The position numbers and the translations under genes are program-made. 64,000 bases of DNA from assembly GCF_009914755.1 (NCBI RefSeq), contig NC_060948.1; one strand, given 5' to 3'. Origin of the DNA: the human T2T-CHM13v2.0 reference genome, Homo sapiens. Positions within the stretch are counted from its first letter, which is position 1. Each line of letters opens with the position of its first letter. Positions 1 through 10,705 of the stretch are shown here, piece by piece. The notes below the pieces were generated by a model. The model did not search any database. It had not been told where the DNA came from and saw only the letters and a program-made list of their open reading frames with translations.

Positions 1-240
1 TATATAAAATATATAATTATAATTATATAAAATATATAATATATAAATATATAATTATATAAAATATATAATATATAAATATATAATTATATAAAATATA
101 TAATTATATAAAAATATATTTATATAAAATATATAAAATATATATAAAATATATATAGAATATATATAAATACATATAAAACACACACACATATAAAATG
201 TATGTGTGTGCATGTGTGTCTGAGTGTGTGTAAACACACA
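1..240. repeat. AT-rich low-complexity (TA)n tract with short CA/TG runs
   Basis: Almost purely A/T, tataa/atata units. Confidence 0.95.
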
Positions 241-584
241 CTATATACATATCATATATTCAGATTTTAACTGTAAGTCTATGCTGCTATACATATAATA
301 AAACATGTGTGATGTGTCCCATTGGGCTAATTTATATAAAGCAATCATAAAATACATAAGCAGAACCAGTCTGTTTTCTTTAAGAGGGATCTCATAGATA
401 TATTCCACAGAATAAAGATCTAACACTCTTAAATGATAAATTGCTAGGTACTCCCAAGCAATTAATATAAAATGAAGCAGAATTTATTTTTGACAGTTTT
501 TTTTTGTAGAGTCATTACTGTATCTAAAATAAAAATATTTGCTCTGATGTTGAAGTGTTTATGAAGAACCTCCATGTATCCGTG

Positions 585-753
585 TACCTTCTTAGTTGCC
601 TACACAATCTTATGACCCATCCCTAACAAATTAGGAGGCATATTAGCTTTTGTATTCTCTATTCTCACTCTGGCAGTGATGCCCATGCGTCACACATCTA
701 AACAACAAAGAGTGATATTCCAACCATTAAGTCAGGGCTTATTCTGAATTCTG
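585..753 (+). pseudogene. MTCYBP2: NUMT: fragment of mitochondrial cytochrome b (C-terminal third)
   Basis: Frame from 589, read with mitochondrial ATA=M and TGA=W, gives FLVAYTIL[47 protein letters not shown], which aligns to CYTB [22 protein letters not shown]...LHMSKQQSMMFRPLSQSLYWLL. There is a 1-nt insertion after tac(585-587). The symbol is from recall of Y annotation and is less certain than the NUMT call. Confidence 0.9.
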
Positions 754-930
754 GGTGCATCCAATGACAAACTCTACCAGTAATAAGCAGAAGAACCCAC
801 ACAGACATTTGCTCTGTAACTATGATTTTTTTTTGCATTGGCTTAACTAATTGGAGAGACCAATTTCTGAAACTTTTAAAGAATAATAAGAAAAGTATAC
901 TGCGCAGTAAAATTCATTTACCTGACTTAC

Positions 931-1211
931 CTATTCGTGAATTAAAGTAACTATTTTAGTGGAAAAACAGTCACCTGATACAACAAATTGTGATGTCAAT
1001 ATTTTTATTAGGTATGGCCTCTGGTGTTTTCTTAGTCCATTTGGGTTGCTATAGCAAAATACCAAAGATACTGGACAGGTAATAAACAACAGACATTTAT
1101 TGCCCACAGTTCTGGAGACTGGAAGTCCAGTATCAAGATGCGGCAGATTCAATGTCTGGTGGGGACCCACTTTCTCATTCATAGACAGAGCCTTCCCTCT
1201 GTGTCCTCACA
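931..1211 (-). ncRNA. TTTY14: Candidate lncRNA exon (terminal via poly(A) signal, or internal via donor at 930)
   Basis: Minus strand: ctcgcttgctccttccacag|TGTGAGG acceptor (exon starts 1211), AATAAA at 1009-1004, and AG|GTAAGT donor at 931/930. Position agrees with my recall of the NCRNA00185/TTTY14 3' end relative to DYS460. Confidence 0.45.
1004..1009 (-). terminator. Candidate poly(A) signal AATAAA
   Basis: tttatt on + strand; cleavage would fall near 985. Confidence 0.4.
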
Positions 1212-1405
1212 CTGTGGAAGGAGCAAGCGAGCTCTCTGGAATCCTTTTTGTAGGAGTGCTCATCCCATTCATGAGGCTCCACTCTCATGACCTCATCACC
1301 TCCCAGAGGCTCCACCTGAAACTACAATTGCATTGAGGTTTAGTATTTCAACATATACATTTCAGAGGACACATTTGGAGTTAGATTTCCACATATGAAT
1401 TTGGC
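1024..1405 (-). mobile_element. MaLR LTR (MLT1A/MST type)
   Basis: cttagtccatttgggttgctatag...catttattgcccacagttctggagactggaagtcc...catgacctcatcacctccc hallmark blocks. Confidence 0.85.
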
Positions 1406-1500
1406 TAAGGAACAAGAATTCTGCCTATAATTGGTCATAAGCAGACAAGTATTTTAAACTCATCAAAACAAACATAGATATTGGTTTAAACGTATAGATA

Positions 1501-1830
1501 GGCCAGATGTGGTGGCTCAGGATTATGCCTGTAATCCCAGCACTTCAGGAGGCCCAGGTGGGCAGATCACCTGAGGTCGGGAGTTTGAGACCAGCCTAAC
1601 CGTCACGGAGAAAACCTGTCTCTACTAAAAATACAACAACAACAACAACAACAAAATTAGCTGAGTGAGGTGGTGCATGCCTGTAATCCCAGCTACTCAG
1701 AAGGCTGAGGCAGGATAAGCACTTGAACCCAGGAGGAGAAGGTTGTGGTGAGTCGTGATTGTGCCATTGCACTGCAGTCTGGGCAACAAGAGTGAAACTC
1801 CATCTCAAAAATAAACAAACAAACAAACAC
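1501..1830 (+). mobile_element. Alu (AluS-type) with (CAA)n linker
   Basis: Two Alu arms, A-rich linker, (AAAC)n tail. Confidence 0.95.
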
Positions 1831-2177
1831 GTAAAATCTAGATAACTGCTGGATTTCAGAAAGTGCTAGAATCAAGACATGGCAGGAGATCAAAGAATGA
1901 TTCTCAGCCTCATGCCTATGACTTCCTGATTCTTTACTATTTTTCATCCTTTTTCTAGAAAATGTGACAGAATGTGCACCTCCACAGCTCCTGGAGCAAT
2001 GAGTTCTGCCTCCCTCCACCACTGGAAAAAGTCATTTGATGCACCCAAGTTGTTCCACTCTTAGTCAGCTGGGTAAGGCTAGAGGAGAGGGTCAGATGTC
2101 AGTCATGGAGACTTAAGAACTGCACTTGAAAACAGGGCCGTGTTTCTCAGAGATGAAGGAAATGCAAAATTGCAGAA

Positions 2178-2877
2178 TGCTATTGACTGAATGTTAGTGT
2201 CTCCTAAAAATTCATGGTGAAGAGCTAACTGCCAAGGTGATGGTATTTACAGATGGGGCTTTTGGTCAGTGATTAAATTTAGATGAGACTATAAAGATAG
2301 AGTTCCCATGATGGGACCAGTGTCCTTATAAACAGCAGAAGAGACCAGAGCTCTCTCTCCCTTTCCCTCTCCACTATGTGATGACAAAACAAGAAGATGA
2401 CTATCTGAAACCTGGGAAGACAGCCCCTACCAGGGACGAAATCTATCAGAACCTTGATCTTTGACTTGATAGTATCCACCAAAACTAACAAAAATAACTC
2501 TCTCTCTCTCCCCCACCCCTTTCTTTTTAGAGATAAGGTCTTGCTCTGCTGCCCAGGCTAGAGTGCAGTGGCATGCATGACCTTGGCTCACTGCAAACTC
2601 CAACTCTGGGCCCAAGCCATCCTCTCACTTTAGCCTCCCAAGTAGCTAGAACTACAGGTATGTGTGACTATGCCCAGCTAATTTTTAAAAAATTTATAGA
2701 AATGGGGTCTTTCTATGTTACCCAGGCTTGTCCTGTATGCCTAGCCTCAAGCAATCCTGCCTTAGCCTCCCAAAGTGCTGCGATTTATAAGCATAAGCCA
2801 CTATGCCCAGCTAAACCTCTTTTGGAAGAAGCCCAGTCTATGGCATTTTGTTCAAGCACCCTCAGCACTCTGAGACA
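2178..2877 (+). mobile_element. MLT1A-type LTR interrupted by an Alu
   Basis: Starts tgctattgactgaatg, ends ...cagtctatggcattttgtt...gagaca. Confidence 0.8.
2520..2812 (-). mobile_element. AluJ
   Basis: Reverse Alu with diverged J-type features. Confidence 0.9.
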
Positions 2878-3163
2878 TAAATGAGGCAGACACCCTTTCC
2901 TGCTAAACTGAACCTATCCCATTGCCTCCTGCAAGTCATAAGAGAAGGGTATGTGTTGGGCATTTCCATATATGCTCCAGAGGAATTTGCTAATGATAAC
3001 CCTGTCATAGGTGCAAATAATCTGTCTCCTGTTCCTCTGTTTGACTTCAAACTTCCTCCACACATTAACTTCTTTGTATTTCCTAGAGGTGCTGGTGATA
3101 TTGACTCCTATTTCACTCAAATAGGATTTTCAGTTAAAGAATAGATATCTTCCTTATCATCAC

Positions 3164-3550
3164 TGTGATGGTCAGCTTTATGTGCCCATGAGGCTAGGCT
3201 ACTGGGTCTAGCCTTATAATTAAATATAAATTTAGAGGTTGACATGAAGTCATTTGCTAGATGTGATGAAGCCCCTTGTTTGTTGATGTAAAGTAATGGA
3301 GATTATTCTATGTGATCTTAGTGGGTCTGACTCTGTTAGCAAAAGGCATTAAGAATAGAGGTGCAGCTTCCCTGGCTGGAGAAGATTCTGCTCATGGACA
3401 GGAGCTTCCACTCACTTCTGAGAATTCCAGCTAGCGTTTCTTGCCTTATAGATTTCAGGAATGCCTCATCAGCTCCATGATCACATAGCCAATTCCTATG
3501 TCTTCTTTTCTATCTCCCATTGCCCTTGCTGGATTACCTGAACTGACACA
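3164..3550 (+). mobile_element. MLT2-type (ERVL) LTR
   Basis: tgtgatggtcagctttatgtg start, ...actgacaca end. Confidence 0.7.
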
Positions 3551-3734
3551 TTCACGTTTTCGTAAAATTTACTGCGAAAGTCTTACCGTCTTGCAGCTTC
3601 CTTGCAAAACTGTAACTTCCCCAAAACCACAACCTTGCAGCTCCATTTTTTTAAAGTAAATGTTCCTTTTTCATACTTTGTTCTTGTGGGAGGATACATT
3701 GAGATGTGAAACATTGTGTTTCAAAATGAATGGG

Positions 3735-4403
3735 GGATACGATTTGACTATGTCCCCAGCCAAAACTCATTTTGAATTGTAGCTGCCATAATCCCTACCT
3801 GTTGTAGGAGGGACCCAGTAGTATATAACTAAATCATGGGGGAGATTTCCCATTCTTGTGGTAGTGAATAAGTCACAAAATATCTGATGGTTTGATAAGG
3901 GGTTCCCCTTTCTTTTGGCTCTCTTTCTGTCTTGCCTGCCACCATGTAAAACGTGCCTTTGGTCCTTCTTTGCCTCCTGCCATGATTGTAAGGTGTCCCT
4001 AGCCATGTGAAACTGTGAGTCCATTAAACTTGTATTTATTTTTTTGTTTTTTGTTTTTTGAGACAGAGTCTAGCTCTGTCACCCAGGCTGGAGGGCAGTT
4101 GCGTGATCTCGGCTCACTGAAAGCTCCACCTCCCTGGTTCACACCATTCTCCTGCCTCAGCCTCCCAAGTAGCCAGGACTACAGGTGCCTACCACTGCGC
4201 CCAGCTAATTTGTTGTATTTTTGGTAGAGATGGGGTTTCACCATGTTAGCCAGGATGGTCTCGATCTCCTGACCTCATGATCCACCCGCCTCAACCTCCC
4301 AAAGTCCTGGGATTACAGGTGTGAGCCACCACACCCAGCCACCTCTTTTTCTTTAAAAATTACCTAGTATGTCCTTACAGCAGCAAGAGAATAGACTAAT
4401 ACA
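3735..4403 (+). mobile_element. THE1-type MaLR solo LTR interrupted by an Alu
   Basis: gatacgatttgactatgtcccc...aactgtgagtccattaaac [Alu] ctctttttc...gactaataca. Confidence 0.9.
4030..4340 (-). mobile_element. AluY/AluSc-type
   Basis: ttagccaggatggtctcgatctcctgacctcatgatcc and aagctccacctcc...ccattctcc diagnostic blocks. Confidence 0.9.
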
Positions 4404-4644
4404 AGGGGAAATCCTGAAAATAATGAAATTTCAATGGACTTATTCACAACTCATGATGCCCAGTGGTATCATTCAAAGACCTAACAAGGTGGGTTCTGGA
4501 CAGATGCTGGAAACAGGATCTTAGCTTTTATATGTGAGATCTGAGATTGGATATAAAAGACCTCAGAGGCAAGTGACAGGCTAGGCCTTAAGTTAGTCAT
4601 GAGTACACAGCTATTCATTTATCATTCTGCATTCTGCTGTGCAT

Positions 4645-5084
4645 TGCAGCAGATTGAATGCTAGCTCCCAAAAAGTATGCCTGTGTCCTAACACTGGCAA
4701 CCTGTAAATAAAATTTGATTTAGAATAAGGGTGTTTGCAGATATAATTATATAAATAATCTTGCAATAAGATTATCCTGAATTAATGTAGACCCTAACTC
4801 CAGTGACTGATGTCCTTATAAGAGACAGCAGAGGAGACACACACAGACGAGAAGGCCATGTGAGATGGAGACAGAGAATGGAGTGGTGTGTCCACAAGCG
4901 CAGGGACTCCTGGAGCTACTAGGAGCAGGGAGAGGGGTGAAGGATATTCCCCTAGTGTCTTCAGAGAATGGATGTCTCTGAGTCACCTTGATCTCAGACT
5001 TCTGGTCTTCAGGACTGGGAGAAAATTTATTTCTGTTGTTTCAAGCTCCTGGTTTGTTGTACTTTTCTTATTACAGTCATATAC
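4645..5084 (+). mobile_element. MLT1C/D-type LTR
   Basis: gggtgtttgcagatataatt...gtccttataagagac...gaaggccatgtgagatggagacagag... Confidence 0.8.
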
Positions 5085-5439
5085 ACATAGCTTATGTTCT
5101 TTTACCTCCACATAGAGTTAAAAAAGAAGAAACATTAAGCCTGAAGTTACAACTACATGATAATTTCTCACTGGTTTTCCAAGTGGTACACTCAAGAAAC
5201 CCAGGATGTTTCTGGGAGAACCCTCCACAACTTTCTTCATTCTAACTTGATTCTCCTCCCTGTCTACTATGTTAAATGCATTTTCTGAAGGCAAGATGAA
5301 GATGGGTCCTTTTCTGAGGCCTCTCCAGATCTTCTATTAGAAAAAATAATTGTAATTGGACCAGAGTTTCTTGGGACTTTTCATGTGTCTAAGTTTCAAC
5401 TAATTTTGAATAAACATTGCAATTTATAATTTTTAATTG

Positions 5440-5632
5440 AATGTGGCAGTGTCCTCTACTTAGCTCCAAAGTTTCATCTGTGACTTTAGAATATCACTTA
5501 ACCCTGATGACCCTTGATGTCTTCATCTGTAAAATGCACTTCACATGAACTCACCTCATTTGATTTGGAGATTTAAAGAGTAGCTGTAGGGCATGTTGTA
5601 CAACTTTTAGAAACTTTCCGAAATGTTAGCTG
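5440..5632 (+). mobile_element. MIR (diverged)
   Basis: Core ctgtgacttt...tcacttaacc...ttcatctgtaaaatg...aaatgttagc. Confidence 0.6.
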
Positions 5633-5692
5633 CATTTCATTATTTAACCCTCCACTTCCATCTTCCAATCATCTCTTCGGAACATGCTGTGG
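5555..5692 (-). ncRNA. TTTY14: Candidate 138-nt internal lncRNA exon
   Basis: Minus strand acceptor gattttttttttgacag|CCAC (exon starts 5692) and consensus donor AG|GTGAGT (5555/5554). Confidence 0.5.
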
Positions 5693-5894
5693 CTGTCAAA
5701 AAAAAAATCTTTCTAAACTGTGGTTTACCATTATTACCATGGGGTAATAAATACTCAACAGAAATTTCTAGCCAGTACCAATTCCCAACATGTTCTTTCC
5801 TGTGAACAAATATCCTGAAATGTCATTGGGAAGAACAAAATTCACTTTATCTTAACCTGATAAGCATATATGTCTTTAGCAATGGGAGTTATTT

Positions 5895-6213
5895 TCTTTT
5901 CTTTTTCTTTTACTTTTTTTTTTCTTTTCAGACAAGATCTTGCTGTTTCACCCAGTCTGCAGTACAGTGGCATGATCATGGCTCACTGCAAGCCTGCATC
6001 TCCTGGGCTCAAGAGATCCTCCCATCCCAGCCTCCCAAGTCACTGGGACTATAGGTGAACACCACCATGACCAACTAATTTTTGTATTTTTTTGTAATGG
6101 TGGGAGTTTGCCATGTTTCCCAGGCTGGTCTTGAACTCTTGAGCTCAAGTGATCTGCCTACCTCAGCCTCCCAAAGTGCTGGGATTACAGGGTGTGAGCT
6201 ACTGCACCTGGCC
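5895..6213 (-). mobile_element. AluJ
   Basis: Reverse Alu flanked by gagttatt on both sides (TSD). Confidence 0.9.
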
Positions 6214-7979
6214 AGAGTTATTCTTGAATTGTGAACCATAGTAACAAACAGAAAATAATCTTAAATGTCAATAATTTTCAGTGATATTTCTGGAATTCAT
6301 GGATCTTTCTGTTAGAACTGCATGCCTTATTCTGTCTAAAGCAATAAAGTTCTTTAAATCTAAACATTTTCATAAACACTCGTGGGAAGTTAGAGATGCG
6401 ATAATTCCTAAAAAGCCTGCATGGCAAAGATGCACACAATGTCAATATGGAACAGACATAGAACATAATTGAACCAATCCTATTAGTACTCAATTTAGCA
6501 AGGTTGCATTTTTTAGAACTAAATTTTTCATAGTTGCAGGCAGAGTGATGAAAGATGTTGGCAGACAGCCTCTTCATATAGACATCAGGAAGTGAATAAA
6601 CCAGCATGAATTGATACATAATTTAAGAGAAGGTAAAGGACATAGTCAGCATGCAACAAAATGCTGAAACCAAAAAACCTCCTGCACATGCCTGGAGCAA
6701 GAAGGGTTGCTTTTGACTCTTTCTCCATCTCAGCACTGATAGGTAGATAATCCCAAGGCCTCCTGGTGTTATATCTGAACAACAGAGTTACATGCTTTCT
6801 TGCAAAGTGTCAGACTATCCACGAGTTATTTTACATTACTCAAACAAAAGTCTATGGTAACACAACACTTCTAAACTGTTAAGAAGAGGGCTTTAACCAC
6901 ATCTTCTAGGTTGATGAATTAAATGGAGTAGGGAGAAGATAAGAGATTTTCAACTATGCTTTTAAAAAAATTGCTGTAGATACCTTTTTAAACTTTATGC
7001 AGTCTGAATTTTGTCAATATCTGACAAAAATGAACTTGAGAGCAAAAATTTTCATGCACACAATAAATAAGCAAAATAAAAAATCCTCTAAGCCCAACTT
7101 TCTCATTACATAGGGAAATGTGTCTCTTCGTTAGAAATCTCCATCTTAGAAAGCTGAGCTCTGCACTGCCCTACCATAAGGGATACTTACTGTGGTTATC
7201 CAAGTCTCAGAACTTGAGGCTTCTTACCATTTATTGTCTGTTTGCAGCCCAAGATAAACTTTTCTTCCCCAGAGACAATGTTATGTGCTGAGGGACTACA
7301 GGTCAGGCAGAGTTCCTAGCAAATCATCTGCTTTTTTTCCTTTCTATTTTATCTTCATTTATTTCTATTATACAAAGTATACCACTCTGACAGTCTACTG
7401 TATGCATGTGTCATCCCCTAAGCTGTGCTGGTTGAATCAAAAGGATAAAATTGCCTTATTATTTAAGGGAAAAAAAATGCATGAATTGATGAAACACATG
7501 GATTGAATTGATGAAACAAATGCCATTGTTTGGCATTCTACACTTCGCAGACCTTGGCATATTTCTTGGTAGGTAGCTGGACCTTAAATACTCAACCAGA
7601 CTTTTTGGAAAACAAAGTTCACAGAATATATACCTGTTCTGCTCCAGTATTTTCTCTTTGGAGAACAGCATTTCTATAGTTTTTAAACATAGAACAACAA
7701 TTTTTAATTTTTCTAGCTTCCAAAAGAGGAAACAGAGCAAACTCTGGCTGCAGAAGACCCAAGTATAGGCAGCCAATATGGAAAGAATTTTGGCAATCGT
7801 TGATAGTTCATTTGTTAATGATTTCCTTTGCTCTTGCAAATCTGAGTGTTGTCTAAGGTAATTTTAAAATGCACAAAATTGTGATTACACTATGCGAAAC
7901 CAAACACCATTGTGTATTAGAATTCAACTTTGTGGCAGACGAGTCATTCAATGTATGCCAGAACAAAATTCACATCGCC

Positions 7980-8080
7980 AAGGGAGAGCGAGAAGAAGGA
8001 AAGAAGAAGGGAGGGTGGGAAAAAGAAAGGAAAGAAGGAAGGTGGGAGAGAGGAAGAAAGGAAACAAAGACAAAAAATTG
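7980..8080. repeat. GA-rich low complexity
   Basis: gaagg/gaaag purine tract. Confidence 0.8.
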
Positions 8081-8499
8081 TTTAAATAGACAAAGTAATA
8101 TCCAGCAGGAGTGAAGTAATCTTAGGTTTGATATTGAAAATTAAAATTCAAGTGCTATGGCAGCATCCTAGCTAGTAGAGATGCCCCCAAATAGAGGAAG
8201 AGTCTGAAATTAATAGATTTCTGTGTGCATTCAACCCCACTTAGGTATGTGATCATGACTGGCTTCTATTGAGGATGGCTGTATATCTTCACTTTTTCAG
8301 CATATCTGGGGGGATATCCTAAAAAATAAGAAGATACAGAAATAAGAAGATCCATAGTAAAAATAGCACATCCTTGATTTTTGCTTTTATTTTATTTCTC
8401 ACCTTGCTACACATGTTCATCATCATTTTTTTAGAGCCCAGTCTGTATATTGTGAAGTCTTCCTTTCTCATTTCTAAATTTGTATCTCTCATCTCAGCT

Positions 8500-9935
8500 T
8501 GAGAGGTGACAGTGTGCTGGCAGCCCTCGCAGCCCTTGATGGCTCTCCGCGCCTCCTTGGCCGCGCTTGAGTCCTTCAGCCCGCCGCTGCCCTGTGGGAG
8601 CCCCTTTCTAGGCTGGCCATGGCGGGAGCCAGCTCCCTCAGCTTCCTGGGAGGTGTGGAGGGAGAGGCGTGGGCGGGAACCCGGGCTGCCGCATGGCGCT
8701 TGCGGGCCAGCAGGAGTTCTGGGTGGGCGTGGGCTCTGCTGGCCCTGCCCTGGCAGCGTCAGGCCCACCCGCAAGCCCCAGGCAGTGAGGGGCTTAGCAC
8801 CTGGGCCAGCAGCTGCTGTGCTCGATTTCTCGTGGGGCCTTAAGCTGCCTCCCGGCAGGGCAGAGCTTGGGACCTGCAGCCTCCCATGCCTGAGCCTCCT
8901 TCCACCCCAACGTGGGCTCCTGCATGGCCCTAGCCTCCCTGATGAGCCCTCCCCCTGCTCCAGGGCCACGGGTCGCATAGACTGCCCAAGGGCTGAGGAG
9001 TGCCTAGGAACCGCAGAGGGACTGGCAGGCAGCTCCATCTGCTGATGGGTGCAGGATCCAATGGGTGAAGCCAGCTGGGCTCCTGAGTCTAGTGGGGACT
9101 TGGAGAATCTTTATGTCTAGCTAAGGGATTATAAATACACCAATCAGCCCTCTGTAGCTAACTCAAGGTTTGTAAACACACCAATCAGAACCCTGTGGCT
9201 AGCTCAGGGTTTGTGAATGCACCAATCAGCACTCTGTATCTAGCTTAAGGTTTGTAAATGCACCAATCAGCACTCTGTGTCTAGCTCAAGGGTTTGTAAA
9301 CACACCAATTGACACTCTGTATCTGGCTAATCTAGTGGGGAGGTGGGGAACTTTTGTGTCTATCTCAGGGATTGTAAAGGCACCAATCAGCACCCTGTCA
9401 AAATAGACCAATCAGCTCTCTGTAAAACAGACCAATTGGCTCTCTGTAAAATGGACCAATCAGCAGGATGTGGGTGGGGCCAGATAAGAATAAAATCAGG
9501 CTGCGGGAGCCAGCAGTGGCAACCTGCTCAGGTGTTCTTCCACACTGTGGAAGCTTTGTTCTTTTGCTTTTTGCATTAAATCCTGCTGCTGCTCACTCTT
9601 TGGGTCCACATCGCCTTTATGAGCTGTAGCACTCACTGCGAAGGTCTGCAGCTTCACTCCTGAAGCCAGTGAGACTACAAACCCACCGGGAGGAATGAAC
9701 AACTCCAGATGTGCCACCTTAAGAGCTGTAACACTCACCACGAAGGTCTGCAGCTTCATTCCTGAGCCAGCGAGACCAGGAACCCACTAGAAGGAAGAAA
9801 CTCCGAACACATCCAAACATCAGAAGGAACAAACTCTAGACATACCACCTTTAAGAACTGTAACACTCAATCGCGAGGGTCCGTGGCCTCATTCTTGAAG
9901 TCGGTGAGACCAAGAACCCACCAGTTCCTCACACA
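8500..9935 (+). mobile_element. Solo LTR12C-type (ERV9) LTR
   Basis: TGAGAGGTGACAG start, ...AAGAACCCACC...CACA end, 4-bp TSD agct (8496-8499 and 9936-9939), U3 CCAAT repeats and U5 tandem repeats. Confidence 0.95.
9058..9495 (+). promoter_or_regulatory. LTR12 U3 enhancer/promoter: CCAAT (NF-Y) array, GATA site and TATA-like AATAAAA
   Basis: Ten CCAAT copies, five of them (9140-9306) at a ~41-bp period; GATA at 9483-9486; AATAAAA at 9489-9495. Confidence 0.7.
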
Positions 9936-10279
9936 AGCTCACCACTTTTGATGTCCAAAACACTTTGTTATGAAACTTTAATTTTCAACTTGCTTACATT
10001 GGTAAAACAAACTAATGAATTCTTGTTGAAATGAGTTGGTTACTTATATAGGAATTTTTATTAGGAGGTTTTATAACAATACCTACAAATCACTGCTATT
10101 ATGCGTTATTTACTGAGGTCAGAAATGACCCTATAATCTGGAAGTGGATCTTCTAACAATCCATTCCAGTGATGCTGAGTGTCATGTTTTACTTCTAGGT
10201 AATACGTCTCATTGGAATACATTTTGTTTGCTCTATGAATATAAAATGTGGGGCTCTTGTGCAAGAGAATGAACTTTTG

Positions 10280-10400
10280 AACTTCACAGACCAAGTTTAA
10301 TTCTGATTCTGTAGATGGTAACACTGTTAACAGTAATTCTCTGAGCTTCAGTTGCTCCATCTGTAAGGAAGGGGATCATGCTAGGCATCTGATAGAAATC
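10280..10400 (+). mobile_element. MIR fragment
   Basis: ctctgagcttcagttgctccatctgtaa core. Confidence 0.6.
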
Positions 10401-10410
10401 ATGTGAAAGT

Positions 10411-10705
10411 GGCAAGGCACGGTGGCTGATGCCTGTAATCCCAGCCCTTTGGGAGGCCAATACAGGCAGATCACCTGAGGTTAGGGGTTGGAGACCAATC
10501 TGGCCAAAATGGTGAAAACCTCTCTCTACAAAAAATAAAAAAAATTAGCTGGGTGTGGTGACACACACCTGTATTTCCAGCTAACTGGGATGCTAAGGCA
10601 GGAGAATTGCTGAACCCTGGATGTGGAGGATGTAGTGAGCTGAGACTGTGCCATGGAACTCCAACCCGGGTGACAGAGTGAGACTCTGTATAAAAAAAAA
10701 AAAAA
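10411..10705 (+). mobile_element. Alu (AluS-type)
   Basis: Dimeric Alu with poly(A) tail. Confidence 0.95.

Noticed and set aside
7459-7839. 126-aa minus-strand ORF in unique DNA
   Set aside because: It has a non-ATG start (TTG) and no recognisable homology, so it is likely a chance ORF.
8319-9045. 239-aa (-) and 179-aa (+) ORFs in a GC/CpG-rich island
   Set aside because: They lie in the GC-rich U3 of LTR12C, where stop codons are scarce. The Pro/Gly/Ala/Arg-rich translations have no domain, so this is neither a gene nor a gene-associated CpG island.
9130-9900. Regularly spaced ~41-bp and ~80-bp repeats resembling a CRISPR-like array
   Set aside because: These are the known U3 and U5 tandem repeats of LTR12, with no unique spacers and no cas genes in a eukaryotic context.
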